Shown here piece by piece: positions 25,290 through 37,810 of a stretch of 64,000 nt of DNA. Position numbers and translations under genes: made by a program. Under the pieces are notes generated by a model that saw only the letters and a list, made by a program, of their open reading frames with translations, did not search any database and was not told the origin of the DNA. The stretch is from Camelus ferus (taxonomy: Eukaryota): the NCBI RefSeq assembly GCF_009834535.1, contig NC_045696.1:35032001-35096000 (forward strand), read 5' to 3'. Positions within the stretch are counted from its first letter, which is position 1. Every line of letters begins with the position of its first letter.

Positions 25290-25720
25290 TGTAATGATAA
25301 TAACAAGTTTACACAGAACTTTTTTCCCCCTTAGTTCTCAGCATTGTGATGTGTACCTTATACCTACTTTATAATTCCTGAACACTGACAGAATAATGCC
25401 ACCACGCAGGTAAGCTGCTGAATGAGAACTGGGACCAAGGCATCTGACACGAGGTCCCGTATGGTTTCTACTGTGATGCAGCTGTTTTCAGGTTAACTAG
25501 TCTGTGGGTTTGGGTTAATTTCCCAAGTAGCCTCAACTCTTCAAAATATTGTTTTACTCTTCGATAAAATGAAAACCTCCTTCACGTTAAGCTAGTTGCT
25601 TTACATACATTGTCTTATTTACTCTTTAGCAATATTTAACGTGTGCATTAGTATCATTATTATATGAAAAAAAAAGTTGGATTCAAAGAAGGTAACTTGC
25701 CTAAGCTTACACATTAAAAA
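25290..25720 (-). mobile_element. MIR fragments (two)
   Basis: ccaccacgcaggtaagctgctgaatgagaactgggaccaaggcatctgac; tattatatgaaaaaaaaagttggattcaaagaaggtaacttgcctaagcttacac. Confidence 0.6.
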
Positions 25721-25779
25721 AGTCCTTACACTTATCAATTTTATCACCTAAAGTTTTTCGCCCTGAGGAGTATTTTGAT

Positions 25780-25965
25780 GGAAACAAAGAGGAAAGTGTG
25801 ATGGGTAGACTGGGAGGAGACCTATCAAACAGGGCAATTATAGAAAGCCTCTCTGAAAAGTGATATTTATGTTGAGATCTAATGAGAGGAGTTAGTCATA
25901 AGAAACTCAAAAAGTCCTTCCACAAGAGAAGTAATACAAGTACAACCACCTTAAAAAGAGAAATA
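25780..25965 (-). mobile_element. L2 fragment
   Basis: gaaagcctctctgaaaagtgatatttatgttgagatctaatgagaggagttagtcat..ttccacaagagaagtaatacaagtacaa. Confidence 0.7.
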
Positions 25966-25974
25966 GGTGGTGTT

Positions 25975-27060
25975 TGTTCTCCATTTTACTGAGCAATATT
26001 TTAGTCACTATTTCTCTTTTCAGCTGTTACAGGAATCTACTAGGTTTTTAACTTCAGAAATTGTAGTTTTCAGTATAAAAATACTCATCTGCTTTATTTT
26101 CAGATGTCACATCTCTGGTAAAGTTCATCATTTTATCTATTTTTGTAATGGTTTTGAATATTTTAATCAAAGTTGTACTAAAGTTTGTTTCTGGTAACTC
26201 CAAAATCTTGATCACTGGAGGTTTATATCTATTGTCTATTTTTTTCTCTTGGTTTCTGATAATTTATTTCTGTCTCTGTCATGCCTGGTAGTTTTTGACT
26301 GAGTGCCAATTTTTGTGTGTGAAAAATGGTAAAAACTCTGAATGATGTTATCTTTCTTCAGAGAAGATTTAATATTCATCTGTTAGGCAGGTAACATATG
26401 GGCAGGTCACCTCGACCCAATTTGAGACTAAAATTTTTCTAAGCTGGTTTCAGGCTTTGGCAGGGTTGGTCTGCTTCTACTCTGTCCTTCCTCCTATAGC
26501 GTAGATTCCCCAGCAGTCTCAATGGGAAGCCTCAGGCTTGCCGGAGCTCCTCCTTTTTTGTGGGCAGACTAGTACTGTCAGATTGTTAAGCACTCTTGAA
26601 TGTTTCAGCCTTACCAAACATTTTCCTCATAGTTTCTTGATTTTTCATCCCTTCACTTCATTTCTCCATGATTGATTCCATTTTCTCTCAGTTTGGCTCC
26701 TCAATTTCCTGCTGTCCTGGTACCCATGACCTCTACTCTTATTCCCATCCCATTTTAGTGAGTTGAGTTGGCCACAAAATCTATGATGTTGTTTCCTGTT
26801 CAGTCTATTTATCCTGTCCTGGGAATTACAAATGTCCAAAGTGAAAGAAAAAAATTAATGGTGAACGAAAGCCTTTTTTTTAAATTTTGCATTTTCCTTC
26901 CCTTCAGGACTGTGACCCCTCAAATCTTGGTTTCCTTGTCTGCTCCAAGATTCCTTCAAACTGCTGTTTGCTTGTTTCTTTTAATTTTAGCCAGTTTTAA
27001 AATTTCTTGGCAAAAGAGTCTGTCTGATACAAGTTAATCTTAGATGGAAACAGAAGACTG
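25975..27060 (-). mobile_element. L1ME-type 5' UTR/ORF1 fragment
   Basis: T-rich antisense L1 5' region; tgaatgatgttatctttcttcagagaagatt, and tgctccaagattccttcaaactgctgttt near its end. Confidence 0.65.
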
Positions 27061-27290
27061 GAAGGTGACTCTGGGTTTGAATTTCCATCTACAATGATAA
27101 ATATGTTTTGTTAGACATTGGAAAAAAATCTCTCAACATAGTTTTTTTTTCCTTGAATGAGGATAATTGTGATAGTTTATGAGATTTTTATGATGAATTA
27201 AATAGATATATATGTATGTATATAATATCCATACTTATATACTCTCATAGCAGAACACTTGGCAAATAATAATGAAGCAAGAAATGTTGG
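27060..27290 (+). mobile_element. MIR SINE
   Basis: gactctgggtttgaatttccatctac..aatgaggataatt..agcagaacacttggcaaataata. Confidence 0.6.
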
Positions 27291-28234
27291 TTCTTTCCCT
27301 TCCTTCTCTTGTTCTATTATTAAAAGGTCATATTTTTGACTGTTCATTGATCCATATTTACCAGATCAGTGACATTTTCATGATTTATGTAATATGTTTT
27401 GAATGATGACAGAAAAGAAATAAATTTGCACAAAGTATAACATGCATGGATATATCCCAAGAAAATACATTTCATCTGCATACAAGGGACCTTCTCAAAT
27501 ATTACATTTCTGTGAATTTTTACTGTAGTGTTTTTATCATGATGTACTTAGAATGATTTAACTTAAAATCAAGTAAATGCATGAGAATACATATATTTTA
27601 AGATATTCAAATCTTGATGAAGAGAAAAAGATATGCATTGCATTTGTATGTGCTAAAATCTACATAAAATGGATGAGATGATGTAAGCTAGATTTTGTGA
27701 AGATACAAATATATTTTAAATGCATTTGTAGTGGTGCTTGCCTAGTAATGCAAAAATATTGCTAATGGTTTTGTTATTCACATGAATGTTAATACTTATT
27801 TATATTTAGTGAATCCACAATTTTATTTAATTTTCTGTAAATTCTTGTCAAATACAGAAATCCATAGCAATTGATAATCTCTTTGCTCTTTTTCATTGTG
27901 AGTTTCCAAAATACAATGCTGGAGATTTATTTTCATGATAGCTGATTACTTATCACTCTACCTTTCCAGGGCTAGCAGCCTAGCAGATCAATGAGAAACT
28001 CATCACCTTGAAAGAGATTAAGTGTTAGGTTTGTTGGAACCGACTGCTTCAGTCAAAAAATGTGTAAAGTTAATCCATTGTTTTCAAAATTCCATCCAAG
28101 AATTGAACAATCTGATAGTTATATTCTTCATTTCCTGTTGAGAGAATATGACCTAAATATAAATCCAGAAAATAACTTAATGAAAAGGCACTGAAGAAGC
28201 CAGAAGCCACAGAGAAGAAAAGTAGTCCGGAAAC

Positions 28235-28248
28235 AGGTCAAAAGTTCA
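28235..28248 (+). promoter_or_regulatory. DR2 nuclear-receptor element (RAR/RXR RARE consensus)
   Basis: AGGTCA-aa-AGTTCA, an exact RGKTCA-n2-RGKTCA; ETS-like CCGGAA at 28227-28232. Confidence 0.45.
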
Positions 28249-28921
28249 GCTTTCCTAATAGACAGTGGATATTAAGTAAAGTGATCATTGGAATTGATCA
28301 AATTAGGCCAGTCACCCAAGATGTGACCACATCTCCCTGCTCAGCCTCAGGTTAACGTTGCTGAAGATTTAGCGTAACAAGCCAGGAGAAGGGGGTGTTC
28401 TGATACGCACACGGGGAAGGTGAATAAACTCAACAGCAGCAGTTTTCAGAATTTTGTATTTCTGAAATGCAAATACAATTCTAAAGAATTCTTGAGGCCA
28501 AGACGTTTTTATTTCACCAAAGAGAGAAAGTCTTTCTTTTTTAAGAAAAACATTAAAAGTATTTACAGCCATAATTTATTTCAGAAAATAAGAATTTTTT
28601 GGACAAAATGTAAGGCAATCTGAAAAACAGACTATCTTAAGGAAAAATAGTAAAAGTGTCATCAATCACACACACACACGTATATCCATGTTACATTGTC
28701 ATTTGTATTTCAGGGACCATTGAAACAAAGGCAGAGAACTGCCTCAGTCAGAAGACTAGCTTGACAGATCTGTTATTATAGGACCTTCTTTATAGTCGCC
28801 TCTGGGGGTACAGGGCGCTCTCATTGTACTATTTTAATCGTCTTTACTACTATTAAAGTTTTGGTAATATACCTAACATCTTCCAGCTTTTTCACTGAAT
28901 CCCTTCAAGTTATTATTTCAG

Positions 28922-28997
28922 TATGAGACTGTGCTTTACTTGTTTTATCTCTGTTTGACACTGAGCATTAGTATGTAGTGCTTTAAAATTTTTGAAG
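28922..28997 (+). other. Candidate non-coding cassette exon (76 nt)
   Basis: ttattatttcAG|tatgag...tttgAAG|GTAAGT; stop codons in all frames; alternative acceptor ttccAG at 28885-28886. Confidence 0.3.
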
Positions 28998-29349
28998 GTA
29001 AGTGCACATTTAAGAATGAAGAGGAAATGATAAAGTAAGCCCTCTTTTTATCTCCTAAGCTTATAAGCTGGTTTTCCAATCCGCTGATTATCTGAATATG
29101 TGGTTGGTCTTATAACCAATTTCTACGATTGTATAGTATAAAAAGTGCTGCCGCAATGCTTACACAAGAAGCCACTGTGTTATAAACATATACCTTGTAG
29201 CCTAGGAAATTATTTCACAGAATAACACCCATAAGAAAACATTCATTAGAAAAAGCACTGAATTCTAAATCTGCTTCAATTTGACATTCACTTAGTATCT
29301 ATAACATGAAGATATTAATTTTTGTTGGTGGTGGTAGTGTGTTAAAATA

Positions 29350-29425
29350 TCGGAATTACTCGCCAACATTTACAAAATTGAGAGTTTTCACATAAAATTC
29401 CAGATTCTCTTCTTTTGAAAATCCA
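29350..29425 (+). mobile_element. MER102-like (hAT-Charlie) fragment
   Basis: gccaacatttacaaaattgagagttttcacataaaattccagattctcttcttttgaaaat. Confidence 0.55.
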
Positions 29426-29625
29426 GTTTACTTCACCTCCCTGTGCCTTAGTCATCTCATCCATAGGATGGGAATGATGATGGCATCCTTCTCACAAATA
29501 CCACTCGTCTGGGAATAGATGGAGTGTTTTGCATATGGTGTTTGAAGCTTAATGATCAAGCAATATATATATATATATACACTAAGCGATGAGCACAGTC
29601 CTGGCACACAATCAACGTTCCACCA
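29426..29625 (+). mobile_element. MIR SINE with internal (AT)8 run
   Basis: tttacttcacctccctgtgccttagtcatctcatccataggatgggaatgatgat..cacagtcctggcacacaa. Confidence 0.8.
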
Positions 29626-30137
29626 GCACTGAAGACCCGCTGTGCCCAGCACCGTGTGTGGACTCAATGTACCATGGCGTCCCTCTTCCCTCTGTTCTCT
29701 GTTGCCTGGTCTTCTAGTCTCCGGGCCCCAGCATTTGCTGACTCAGCTGGCAGGGTGGGCAGGGACCGGCCAGTGAGGAAGCCCTGCTGCGTATCTGAGG
29801 ACAGTATGCACAGAGTTCAGATCTTGTCCTCCTCTGCCCAGGAATGAGGCAGGATTTGCATAGAATATAACAAAAACTGACTAAAAATCATACTAGATTG
29901 AAAAAAAAAATAAAGACTATATTTTCTTTCTGTAATGTTAATCTTAGAAATCATTTACAAAAAGTGTATGAGTATGTATATTTAAAATATAAAATATTTA
30001 TATAATTTATATATAATACATAAATGCATAATCACAAATATACAATCATATGTCTGAAACCCAAAATGACCATATTGGGTTTACACTTGGGTTAAAGTAG
30101 AAATGATAGAAGAAAATAGAAAGAGAGTATTTCTAAA

Positions 30138-30202
30138 TATTTTTGAATATTATAACATAAAATGTAAGTATTTTTGAACACTAAAACATAAAATGTAAGT
30201 AT
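30138..30202. repeat. 31-bp tandem duplication (2 copies)
   Basis: tatttttgaatattataacataaaatgtaag / tatttttgaacactaaaacataaaatgtaag, 28/31 identical. Confidence 0.9.
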
Positions 30203-30229
30203 GAGAACAAAGATCCATAAATAGCTGAA

Positions 30230-31350
30230 TCAACTTCCCAAAATAAAAGAAAGTAAAAGGCCAAGGAGTGATTATCCACCTTATCAGATGTTTGTAAAGT
30301 ACGCTGTGTATCTACTACATTAGAAAACAATGTAATGTTACCCCAGTTACAGACAAATATACCCATGGAGCAAAACAGGGGGTCAGAATGTGAGTGCCCC
30401 ATAAACAGAGAACCTTTAGGTGCAAATGCCAATCATTTGGGAGCTGATAGAGTGTTCTGCATACAATGTGGGGCAATGCCAACACACTAATTACAGCAAA
30501 AGGATGTTCATTTTTGAACAAAACAAATGTAAACTATAATGGATTGAGTAAAAAATAAAGTTATTAAATTAAAAGAAGGGCATGCAGAATATTTTGGTGC
30601 CTGTGTGTTAGAGGAAATTTTCTTTAACAAGACAGAACACAAACCATAAAAGAATGGATTTTGTTACATCAGAAATAGTTTTTACAATATACATCACCAA
30701 ATACTAACTTTCAATAAATAGCAAAAACTAGGTATTAATGTCTAGAATACAAAAGAAATTTGTAAAACAAACAATAATAAAACCAAAAGACAGGAAACAG
30801 AATAGAAATACAATTAAAGGTATGACTGAGCAACATACAGAAGAGAAACAACAGTTAACAGATATCCGGAGATACACTTATGAGTAAGTGGAACCACGCA
30901 ATTAAAACAGTAATGAGGAGCATGTTCTACATCTCAGATTAGCAGAAATCTTCAAGTTGATCAGTACTAATTACTGGCAGGAATACAGCAAAAAGGTTTA
31001 ATTCTGGTGCAGTATAAACCAGAGTGGTCCATTCTGGAGAAAGTCGTCATACTTGGTGAGATTAGTATTCACATAGTCCAAAACTCAAAAATTTCATTCT
31101 GCATAAATTAACTGTCACCAAGTCCATAAGGAAGGTCTTTGTGGCACTGATTGTGGTATCAGGGATGTGAAGACAACTTAGATAGTCATCACTAAGAAAA
31201 TGAACAGGTACATTTTTGTGGCTCCATGCTATACTGCATACTACAGCAGTGCACATTTCACACCAAGGACAACCATTAAAATAGATACCAAGAGAAGCAA
31301 ATAAGAGAATAAAATCTCTGCCACATCTTTAATGTGAATTGAAACTTTTC
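30230..31350 (+). mobile_element. L1ME-type ORF2 3' part and 3' UTR (decayed)
   Basis: agacaaatatacccatggagcaaaacag; tattaatgtctagaatacaaaagaa; caattaaaacagtaatgag..cagattagcagaaat; gctccatgctatactgcatactacagcagt. Confidence 0.75.
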
Positions 31351-31366
31351 TACACTTCCTACATGG

Positions 31367-31964
31367 TGTGGTCTGTTTTACAAGGACACACATAGGCCAT
31401 CGTCTTTGTTATTTGATCTCAGACCCACCCCCTATCCTTTCCCTGCAAGCTGCATTTCTATGGGTCTTTTTGCTAACTGCTGCCTGGTTCGGTTTGACTA
31501 ATGGAAGCACTGGTTCAAGTCAGAGAGGAAGAGGAAGGAAATCAGGGTATTATTCCTCTCCCTAACCCTCCCTTCTGCTGCTCCCTTTCCCCACCCTCCC
31601 TCTGTTCTGTGTGGGCGTTTTTCATCAGTTGCTGTATCTTATTTCTGTGGTTCCCACTGTCACTAAACAGGACCTACTTCTGTGGCCCTAACTCCTTCAG
31701 AGCAATTCCTGACTTGGTTCTGTGGGATTTTCCTGCTGTCTGGATTCTGTGGCCACCACTCCTTTCCTAGTCTCATTCCACTCCCACAGAGCTGCAGTCA
31801 TCTGCTGTCTCCTCTGCTCCTGGGCTCCTCCTGCGAACTTCTGATTTGCTTCACCATCCCCTTTATCTTCTCAATTGCTCTACCACCTGTTTAATTCAGT
31901 ATGTTGAGTTTCTCACTTGAAATACTAGAATGGTTTCCATTTCTGATTGGAATCTGATATAATA
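31367..31964 (+). mobile_element. LTR33-like ERVL LTR
   Basis: Begins tgtggtc; ggttcggtttgactaatggaagcactgg..agagaggaagaggaagg..cagggtatt; ends gaaatactagaatggtttccatttctgattggaatctgatataata. Confidence 0.75.
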
Positions 31965-32270
31965 TTTACTATTGGGAGTGTTCCCAGGAAACAGGCCCTA
32001 AGGCAGACTGGGAGACTGATCTGCTTAATCTTTAACATGGTGATAACCTCCCTGCAGATGGAAACTGAAATAATAGTCATCTGTGACAGGCAGAGGCATT
32101 AAATATGCAGTTCCCTGAAGTGAAACTCTGGTTGAAAGGAAGTGTTTGGAGGATTAAGCAATGGTCGCAGTAACCCTCATGATAACAGTGATGGCTACAG
32201 GACTACAGGACTGCTGCTTCCTAACTGTGACCAAGGGTTACTGAAAGACAAGGAGAGGCTCAGGGCCGTG
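31965..32270 (+). mobile_element. ERVL internal 5' stub (ERV3-16A3/ERVL-E-like) attached to the LTR
   Basis: gggagtgttcccaggaaacaggcccta directly after the LTR; ctgctgcttcctaactg..gaaagacaaggagaggctcagg resembles ERVL gag-start relics. Confidence 0.6.
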
Positions 32271-34014
32271 TTCCCGTTCCTGCTCTCTATCACAAGATGC
32301 TATTCAGAGACTTTAATTATCAGCACATTCCACAGAACAACACAGAGGTCAATTACATTGATGATATTCAGGTTGCTTCTGGGAAGCAGCAAGAAGCAAG
32401 CACCTTAGACGCCTTAACGAGACACACAGTGTCAGAGATTGGGAGATGAACACCAAGAACACACGAGACCCTGCCACTTGCATGACGTCTCCACAGGTCT
32501 TCCAGGGACACAAGGGATACAGGGTCTTCGGGGCATGTTGAGATAATCCCTCGACACTGAAAGGTCACTTTAGATTTTGGAGGAAAAATATGTCATATTT
32601 GGTGTGTTGCTCCAAGGAAGTTACTGAGTCATCACCTAATTCTGTTTGCTTCAGCGTCTGTCATTTGGCTTATCACCCACAGAGCAGTTCCCTTTTGTGA
32701 AATTGCCTCCATTGGAAACACTAGATGGCTTCCATTATTAGCCATTGACTTATACAATATGTACCCGAAGATATAATCTATACAAAGTACAGCGAGTTTC
32801 TATGTGGGAGATAGAAACTAAAGAGAGTATCGGAGCAGAGGAGAAAAACTATAAAACAGTAAAAAAAGCGGAGCTTAAAGAGAACATACTATAAGTGAAA
32901 AGATGTAACTCATTCTGATCAACCTCAATGACAAGTTAAAAATCTACAGACGTGAAACTAAGATTGTGTGACCTATTGCCTTAGTGACAAATGAGGGCCC
33001 AAACCCTGACCTCTTGACCTGCGAGCTATTTCAGTGACTCTTGTTACTGTTCCATACTTGCTTTCAGGTTTTAATTTTTATCCTACTTGTGCTGAGAACT
33101 TCCTTCAGAGAGAAAAAAAATAAGGATCTGTATGAAAATGCATACTGTGAAGCAACGAGCCTTGAGGGTGGAAACTGGACCTTGGAAGGAGGACAGTTAT
33201 TATGAGAACACAGTGCTACATTTTTCACCCAAAGCTCTGTGGTTTATTTTTCTGTCTTTGGGAGTTTCACAAACAACTTGTAAAGTTCTAGCCAAACCTT
33301 TGAGGTTTGCCTTTCCATAAGTGTATGGAACAAGCCAAAGGCTGCAACCGTCGCCAAACGAAACAATGGAAACCACAAGACCTGCTGGCCTGGCTCCTCT
33401 CTCCTCTGCTTGATTCTGAGCCCCTGGAGAGGAAACCACCTGAGTTGCATTTGTGTATGGTTAGCGCTCTTGAGAACTAAGCTTCCAAACTAATGGTTCT
33501 TGTGTAACTTGAAATAAAGGGATAAAGTATTGAATCCTAAGGAAGCAGAAACAGTTTTGTTCCTACCATTGCATTGCTGGGGTTTTTTAAAATTTATGTC
33601 TTAATTGCTAACATTTTAAAGAAGCCTCTGCATAGGTGCATGTAGCCCAGCTTGCTTCTATTTCCAGGAGTTCTGGAGGGCACAGTGATCCAGGCACCTC
33701 CACAGAAAACTCTCTAAATAAATGGAATCCGTTGGGCCCCACCAGCTGGCATAAAATGACTGTTTACTGCTCAAAAACAGAGTGAGTGTGTTTTAAATTC
33801 CCTTTGTTACTCACTGGTAAACATCTAGGGTATTATTCAGTAAAAGTTTATTTTTAACTTTTCGCTCCATTTCTACCCTAGATGGGGCTGGGTCATACGC
33901 CACATTTGTCTTCCTTGTCCCTAGCCTTTTAGTGCCATGTCCTTTTCCAGTCCTAACCCTTATTACATTGTTGTGCAAATTCCATTTAACTGAGACTTAC
34001 TAAGAAATATAATA

Positions 34015-34170
34015 TCTGGAGTCTGATTGCTGGAGTTACTTAACCTTTTGGTGCCTCAATTTCATTATCTACTTTGTTCTTCATAGGATTTCTGTGAGAC
34101 TAAATGAGTGAATACATATAAAATGCTTAAAGCAGTGACGGTTCATTAGAAATGCTCATTAAATATCTGC
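34015..34170 (+). mobile_element. MIR SINE
   Basis: agttacttaaccttttggtgcctcaatttcattatct..tcataggatttctgtgagactaaatgagtgaatacatataaaatgctta..aaatgctcattaaatat. Confidence 0.85.
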
Positions 34171-34489
34171 CACTAAGGCTGTCATCCTTGTCCTTAGTAA
34201 GTCCTGGTAACACGTTACATGTTGGAATATGGAGAAAATGGGAAACTCTGTGAAGCCTTAAGAAGTATAATTAAAACTTTTAATTGATGGCATTTGATAA
34301 CAGGTCTGCCTTCTTCTTCAGTGTCCTTTGTGTTTCTATTGAGATCAAATAATAAAGATAAATAAACTCTCAGGCTGATGTTTCCTGCACTTAGCAGAAG
34401 AGAGTTCTTGGAGAGCTGGGCAGTTTCACTCACTAACCTATTCGGTTATTAATTATTCTTTCCGCAGTGATTGCTCTGCTATTCCTGTG

Positions 34490-34923
34490 CATGCTAGGCA
34501 GGGTCATTCTAGTTACTGTAACAAATAAAGTTCAAAATTTCAACAGTGAAAGAAAATACAAGTTTAATTCTGGCTCATGCAAGCATTCAATGAGGACACT
34601 CCTAGTTGGCATGAAACTTTCCTCAGGTTCAAGGACCCAGGTCCCTTCTGTCTTGGGTCCCACTGCTCCCCAGGGCCTCAAAGTGCCAGGGTTCTCACCT
34701 CAAGATGGAGTAGAAAAGGATAGGTATGGTAACATAATTTAATTGCTTTGTTCTGGAAATGACAAATTTCACACTTTTTTTTTTTAACTTGGTAAGACTC
34801 TACCCAAATGCAAGAGGAATCGGAAAATAAAAACAGGGCTTGTAGAGCTGCTTACGAAAAACAATTCTATCCTACAGAAGAGGAAGAACAACTTAGTTGC
34901 ATGGTTAGTCACTTTTTCCACAC
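34490..34923 (-). mobile_element. Old MLT1 (N2/M-like) LTR
   Basis: ctagttactgtaacaaataa..caaggacccagg..ttctggaaatgacaa..cccaaatgcaagagg..ggttagtcactttttccacaca. Confidence 0.65.
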
Positions 34924-35629
34924 AAGGATACAAGGATGAATTTAAGACCTTTTCTTATTTATCAAAGGAATACTAGGGGCACAGGCTAGAAACCAAGAGA
35001 TGAGGTTCTTCATTAAGCCCAGGGAGTCCAAGCAATGCTTAAGAGAGGATGTGGACACCACAGACGCATCATAAGTGAGCACAGTTCACCAACATAAAAG
35101 GAAAGATATCATATCCTGAAAAGGGACTATGATTTGGAGAGGTGCTGAGGCCAACTAATTCCAAAAGGCTGGAGCATCAGTGCGGAGAGCTGGCTGAAAG
35201 ATGAGCAACATGTTCAGTTGGACAATATTTTGTAGGGCACATAAACTAATGTTTAGAAAAATTACCCTGAAAACACGGTAAAATACAATTGAAGATACTG
35301 GAGGCTCTGAAGCTAGTTGACAGATGAAGAAACAAAGTGGGGGGATGAGGAGATAGTAGATTATACAAGAAATTCAAAGAAACTTTGGTATTTCACTTCT
35401 TACGTGGTTGCCCATTTTTTTTCAGCATGTGATTTCTGCCCTTCTTTGCATGTTTCACAATACAAACAAAAACAAACTGAATTAAAACTTTTACAAGCTT
35501 TTGGAAAATTAAGTGTTACCTTTTTTTTTTTTAATTTATGTTGTGAAACAAGAATAATAATGAGAGTCACATATGCATATAGGGTACTATATTACGTATC
35601 CACCATGCTGGACTCGAAGAGACAGACTT

Positions 35630-35632
<3 letters not shown>

Positions 35633-35684
<52 letters not shown>
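35633..35684. repeat. Perfect (CA)26 microsatellite
   Basis: Uninterrupted CA run counted directly. Confidence 0.98.
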
Positions 35685-35685
<1 letters not shown>

Positions 35686-37238
35686 TCTGTTACATGGAGG
35701 ATAAAGTCAGTTAGGAATTGAGTATAAGTAAAGGAACATTTAGCCTTATGTGTATTTCTTCTGATCACTTACTTCCCTTACATATCCAATAGTTAATGTC
35801 CTAGTGATTGTAAATCCACTAGGAGATTTAGCTTACATATCAGTAACCATCATCTGCTCAATATTTTCTGGGAACTTGGCTGCCATTTGGGTTCATCAAA
35901 TATTTGAGGGTTTTTTTCAAAGACTCTAGGCTGTCCAGTGCCAAGCTATCCTTGGCCCAGCAAAGGGACCCTCAATTCCTAAGTAGTTTCTTTCTAGAGA
36001 AATTTAATCTGTATGTTTCTAATCCATTTAAAGTTAGATCATCAAAATATAGTTTTGTAAGAGCTCTCCAAAATCATTGTAAGAGTTTCTTTATTTTTTT
36101 CCCCCACTAAATGAAGATGTCTCATATGTTAAACCTCAAGTATGCTGCAAAGCTAGAAACCTCTTAGAAACTGATTTTAAAACTTGGCAGTCTCTATTCT
36201 CTTATCCCTAAGGCATATAGTAGGTGCTTTGGAAGTTTCTTTTTTAATATGTTTTTAGAACATTGCTTGGATTTTACAAATGTAGGGCTGAGTTCCTTCC
36301 TTTCCACCAAGCCACAGTTCTTCCCTTGGAACTTCTCCTGAATTCAAAGGATGCTATACAGTTGGAGTGTCATGATCCTGCTTCATTAGAAAGAGTTTGA
36401 GATGGGTATTTCCAATTTTCTCTTTAAGATAATCTTATGTACTTCTTCAAGCAAGACTGTGTTCAAAATTGCTTCCTGCCACAAGAATTCTAAATTTCAT
36501 CATAATTTTCCTTGGTGTACTGTTTGCAGTTACAATCAACTCTATTTCAAGACGACTCTTTTGAATTTTCATTTCATATATTTTTCTTTCAGAAGCCTAG
36601 AGAAATTAATTGCCCAATCACCCTATATATAAATGTTATATTAATCATCATTAAGTTATTTCATTTGGTGTTAATAATTTCTTATTTTATTAGTACTATT
36701 CACAAATAAAAATAGAAATGAAGCATTTTGTCATTATCTCAAAAGAACTGCATTTTTGCCTAATACTAATTCCATCGACTAACTGAAAAAAATCAATTTC
36801 CTTAATATTCAAATACAATTTTAGGCTCTATAATGAATACTAAGATGAATATGATGAAATAGACAATGCTAAACTTACCACTGTCCAAGTGTAGTGTGTT
36901 GATGTTGGCTCCATAACACCAACACTTATCCAAGGGAAACCCATAAGTATTTCATATGATAATTACTGACATTGTACTTTTTAGATTATTTAAGATGATT
37001 TATGTCTCACAAAAAATTGATATATTTTAATGGAACTTTCAGACAAAAATGATAAAGTAAATGTGGGGGTCAGACAACATTCTTATTGATCGTACTGCCA
37101 TAATTTCATCTAGTTCCTTAGACACTCCTTTACTCTGATCAGCACTCCTCCCTTTCATCACCATTTCTCTGTCCTCTCCACTGTGGACTGAATCTACTGC
37201 TCCTCCCCTGTTAGCCCTTATTTACAGGAAAACATTTA

Positions 37239-37393
37239 CAGTCCACCTTCCAAATCTGCTGAATTAAAACCTCGCATAGGAAGGGCTGACTGTATTCATT
37301 GTACTACACCATTTTATATAAGGGACTTGAGCATCTCAGTTTTTGGTATCTGCAGGGGGTCCTAGAATTCCAGTGAATTCTGAGGGACCACTG
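37239..37393 (+). mobile_element. Tigger3/Golem-family MITE (TcMar-Tigger)
   Basis: TA|CAGT..ACTG|TA boundaries; diagnostic cattttatataagggacttgagcatc..ttttggtatctgcagggggtcct..gagggaccactg. Confidence 0.85.
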
Positions 37394-37589
37394 TACATTG
37401 TAGTTTTTTTTTTTTCACTCATCCAATTCCAAATCCTACAGATACTTCTCTGTTTCTAACATTCGGCAACATTCCATTCCATCATTAGACAGTCTCTTAT
37501 TAAGTACTCGTCACAGACATTTTTTTTTTCTGTAAAAGTATTTCAATATATCTGTCTCCCCTATACTCCCAACCATCACTTCTCAGTCT

Positions 37590-37810
37590 CTTATGTTGGT
37601 GCCTCCTGTACATGAGTTATCTTAGTTCATTACAACATTATTTTGGCTCTTTATGACAACCTAACTGAGCAGGTATTATTCTCACTAGTTTAGAATGGAT
37701 GACTCTGTAGGTGCTTAAAGATTACACAAATAATAAAAGGCAGGGCTAGGAATTGAATCTGAATCCATAGGCCTCCAAAGTCAGAATTTTCTAATTCATA
37801 CTCTGCCTTG
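37590..37810 (-). mobile_element. MIR SINE
   Basis: ctttatgacaacct..gcaggtattattctcactagtttagaatgg..ggcagggctaggaattgaatctgaatc. Confidence 0.7.
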
